Positions 57,420 to 60,502 of a stretch of DNA of 60,502 nt are shown here, in pieces. The notes beneath the pieces are model-generated. The model saw only the letters and a program-made list of their open reading frames with translations. It ran no database searches and had not been told where the DNA came from. The DNA is taken from contig JAAOMT010000529.1 of the NCBI GenBank assembly GCA_016748015.1, positions 348,287-408,788 of the forward strand. Direction: 5' to 3'. Position numbers and translations under genes: made by a program. The DNA comes from Geosiphon pyriformis uo1 (Eukaryota > Fungi > Glomeromycota). Within the stretch, counting starts at the first letter, position 1; every line of letters starts with the position of its first letter.

Positions 57420-58839
57420 ATGAGTGTTCTTCATTCGCTTCCAAAGTTAAACGCTGAACTAATAATTCGCCTCATATTTGGTCTCAGTATTTTCTCAATA
57501 ATCGTCGCCATGACAATTCCTACCTTTTTCAGAGTTTTCATATATCAAGACCCCTTAATTTCAATCTCTATAAACCACAATACATCAGAAAGTGGTATTC
57601 CAGTGCCAAATGCCTTGCTCTGTCTAAATATGATAATATTCCCTTATTTGAAAAATATAACTGTTTTGAGTGGACAAGATATTCTTTTTGGTTCTATTGA
57701 TCTAGAGGATAATGGAAGGTCATCAAATGAGACAAGATTGGTCTTACGAAAAATAGGTAGAAAGTTTAAATGTTTAGCTTTTAAACCTGAGAGTTCTCTG
57801 AAATACTATCAAGAAGCTGTGGATTTTGTTCAAATAATATTTTATTACAGAAATGAGTACGAAAGTAAAATAAATTATTTTCAGGAAATATGGAATGAAA
57901 TGTGGAAGAATGAACAGTTTGGATTTGTATGGGTTACATATGATTCAGTTAATGGCACTTATCAAGAGAGAGAATCAATTAAAATCAAACCAAATCAACT
58001 TACTGCTATCACCTTAAATCCGACCGAAAGAATAGATGTGAACGGAAATAGTCATTGGTACAAAAATGTTCCCGATAATTTTAAAGAAGACCCAATCCCA
58101 GGATACCCTTTTAATTTAGTTGAAGTTTGGATTTATCCGATTAATTCTTTGGTGAGTTTTCAAATTTAGATTGATGAAAATTCAGAAAAATTGACTATCC
58201 AATTTTTTAATGACTTTTTTATACATATAATTATAGGTAACACAATACACGGAAAAAAACGAGGTCACTTGGATTGATATTTTTACTGATGTAGGTGGTT
58301 TACTGGCGTATGCTTCCGGAGTATGGATAATATTATTCGGTCGTGGACGTTTTAAATCATGGGGTTATATACAACAATATATTCTCAAAACCGCACCAAA
58401 TGCTAATATACGAGGGCAAAAACAAATCAAAGGTTCACCAATATTACCAATTGAAGACTTTAAAAAGAATCTCTATTCACCAAGCGAAAATTCTCAGAGT
58501 GATACTTTAAGTAGCGTCACCACGTTTTTGTCTACCTCTAACTTTGGTGAACCTTTCCAATGCAACTTTGATAGTATCAATGAGAAGTCTAGCATTAAAG
58601 GTGAAAGTTCATACTCAGAAAAAAATCTCCAGTCTTGCAATCGCTTACCAAAAATAGTTTTAGATTATGAAAATAGTCATGAACGAATGTTTACAGATGA
58701 TTTACAGGTATTGCAAAGGAAAGTGAACTTGATTGAAAAAATGTTATGTCAAGAGTATTTAGAAGGATTTGGTTTAGAAACTTTTGATAAGATGAATCAG
58801 ACTTTTAATAGTGAAAAATTACCTGAAGTTAAGTTTTAA
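57420..58839 (+). CDS. Two-TM membrane protein with a large extracellular loop (ENaC/ASIC-like topology), paralog B
   Basis: Exons 57420-58151 and 58237-58839 join in frame, with the same intron position as paralog A. Motifs GIPVPNALLC, ERIDVNGNSHWYK and WIDIFTDVGGLLAYASGVWIILFGRGRFKSWGYIQQY. Confidence 0.82.
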
Positions 58840-59559
58840 AAGCTACTTATTTTTACTTAATATATTTCAAATAAATAATTCAATTTTTAAAATTATAATT
58901 TTTAAGTCGTAATGATTCCAAAACAAAAGGGAGTAAAAATTAGAAAGATCATAATAACAATTAATATTTACATACAGTTAAGGTTTTTTTTGAATACAAT
59001 TAAGTGAAAATAAGAATTTTAACGTTTTAGACATATAATCAATGAAATATTTGGGCATAAATCCTTCGAAAAGCTAGAATTTTACCTAAAATCAGACAAC
59101 TATGTTCAAAGATCTGATAATTTCTAACTATATTTCTTTTATATATTTCTTAAAAAAGAAATTTGACTGGTTTTTCAAGAATTTAAATAAATTTTTAAGT
59201 GTAAATAAAAATTTTGAAAAATTAGTCTGAAAAACTATTAACATTCTCTTTTCAAGTCACAAACATTAATAAATTTACTGCTTATTTTTATATCTTTTTT
59301 TTTGATTTGACCAACTTTAAGATTTATTTTTACCTTTTTCAAATATAATAAATAATGAAAAAATTTCTGTTCCACGAACTATCTCGGAAAATTAGTTCGG
59401 CTAGGGCCGGAAATTGCAGAATTTTATTTGATTGGTTATTAAAAAACGTGATACGTTTTAATTATGTGTTTAATGTAATTTTTATCCGTTACCTGAATAT
59501 TTAAAATAATAAAGTTAGGTAATTAAATAAAGAAAATGTATGAATAAAAAACGCGTAAA

Positions 59560-59860
59560 TACTTAGCATTTTGACAAGTTGTGCTATTATGCCCTGGTTG
59601 ACTGCATCTACCACAGGTTTATGTACGTAATTTTCCTTTTTTTTCAGTAATAGATTTATAACATTTGGTTTCTGGGCATTTCTTTCATCGTAAAACTAGT
59701 GAATTTTCAATTGGTCCAGATCCATTTTCCTTGTTTGCATTATTAGCTTGGATTTCAGAGGGTTCTTAAAGATTTCGATTTTGCATTGACCTGGTAAGTG
59801 TAGCTGCTATTTTTTTATGCCGATTAATGAACTCTTTTAACCATGACAACATTTTATCAT
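59560..59860 (-). mobile_element. Decayed MULE/FAR1-like transposase C-terminus with zinc knuckle
   Basis: The minus-strand frame reads ..IENSLVLR*KKCPETKCYKSITEKKGKLRT*TCGRCSQPGHNSTTC. This is a decayed RxKGRP motif plus a CX2CX4HX4C knuckle, typical of MULE transposase tails. Confidence 0.7.
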
Positions 59861-59865
59861 GATTA

Positions 59866-60502
59866 TAAAAATTATAAAAACGAGCAGTCCAGAAGTGTTT
59901 AAAGACGTAAACAAACTAGTAATATTAATATTTATATTTAATTCATATTTACTTATTATTTATATATTTACTGTATATTATCTATTTATTTCTATACACT
60001 GTGTTGATAGTTAAATATTCAAAGTGGTATGTTTATTAATAAGGGTGGGTATAAAAGTCGTTATATCTCTCCAATATTGGAGATTACGCGAAACGCTGAA
60101 ACACTCGAGTATGGAATTGTGATGGATTTTGCCAAATATGGTGACATGCGAAAATATTTAGCAAAAAATCTTCATTCTACGAGTTGGCCTGATAAATTAG
60201 AGATCGCGCAAGATATAGCTTTTGGACTTGATTCGATTCATTCTTCTGGTATGGTTCATCGTGATCTACACTCGGGCAACATCCTACAATATGTGAAAGA
60301 TGAAGTGACTATTGGAGACCTCGGGTTATGTCAACCTACAAACACAAACAATGAAGCAACAACAACAGAGGAGAAAAAGATCTATGGAGTGATTCCATAC
60401 ATTCCACCAGAAGTTTTAAGAGGAGAAAAGTTTACAACAGCTGGTGATATTTATAGTTTCTCCATGTTATTATGGGAATTAGCAACAGGAAAGCCTCCTT
60501 TT
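59866..60502 (+). pseudogene. 5'-truncated TKL kinase (copy K7); exon 2 is open to the window end
   Basis: Only KIIKTSSPEVFKD of exon 1 remains, then an intron, then exon 2 from 60011: LNIQSGMF...HRDLHSGNILQYVKDEVTIGDLG...YIPPE...ELATGKPP. Confidence 0.85.

Overview
This is AT-rich, intron-containing fungal genomic DNA. The gene families point to an arbuscular-mycorrhizal (Glomeromycotina-like) genome, which is an inference. A conserved core (about 20-35 kb) holds a PtpB/Y_phosphatase3-type phosphatase, a DPP-IV-type dipeptidyl aminopeptidase, a BTB protein, argininosuccinate lyase and an Avo2-like ankyrin protein. It is flanked by very AT-rich accessory DNA carrying at least nine copies or fragments of one tyrosine-kinase-like (TKL) kinase family with a Cys-rich N-terminus. 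These copies occur as four head-to-head pairs in which the minus-strand member is always broken. They share near-identical DNA patches in a mosaic pattern, while specific loops are hypervariable. This suggests a gene-conversion-diversified kinase repertoire, including an intact-ORF pseudokinase. Also present: a divergent pair of intronless multi-KH proteins flanking an F-box gene and a gene with a tyrosine-recombinase core-binding-like domain; a divergent pair of two-TM, ENaC/ASIC-like membrane proteins; Tc1/mariner and MULE remnants; and an unexplained 248-bp GC-rich structured island. All alignments were done by eye and no database searches were run.
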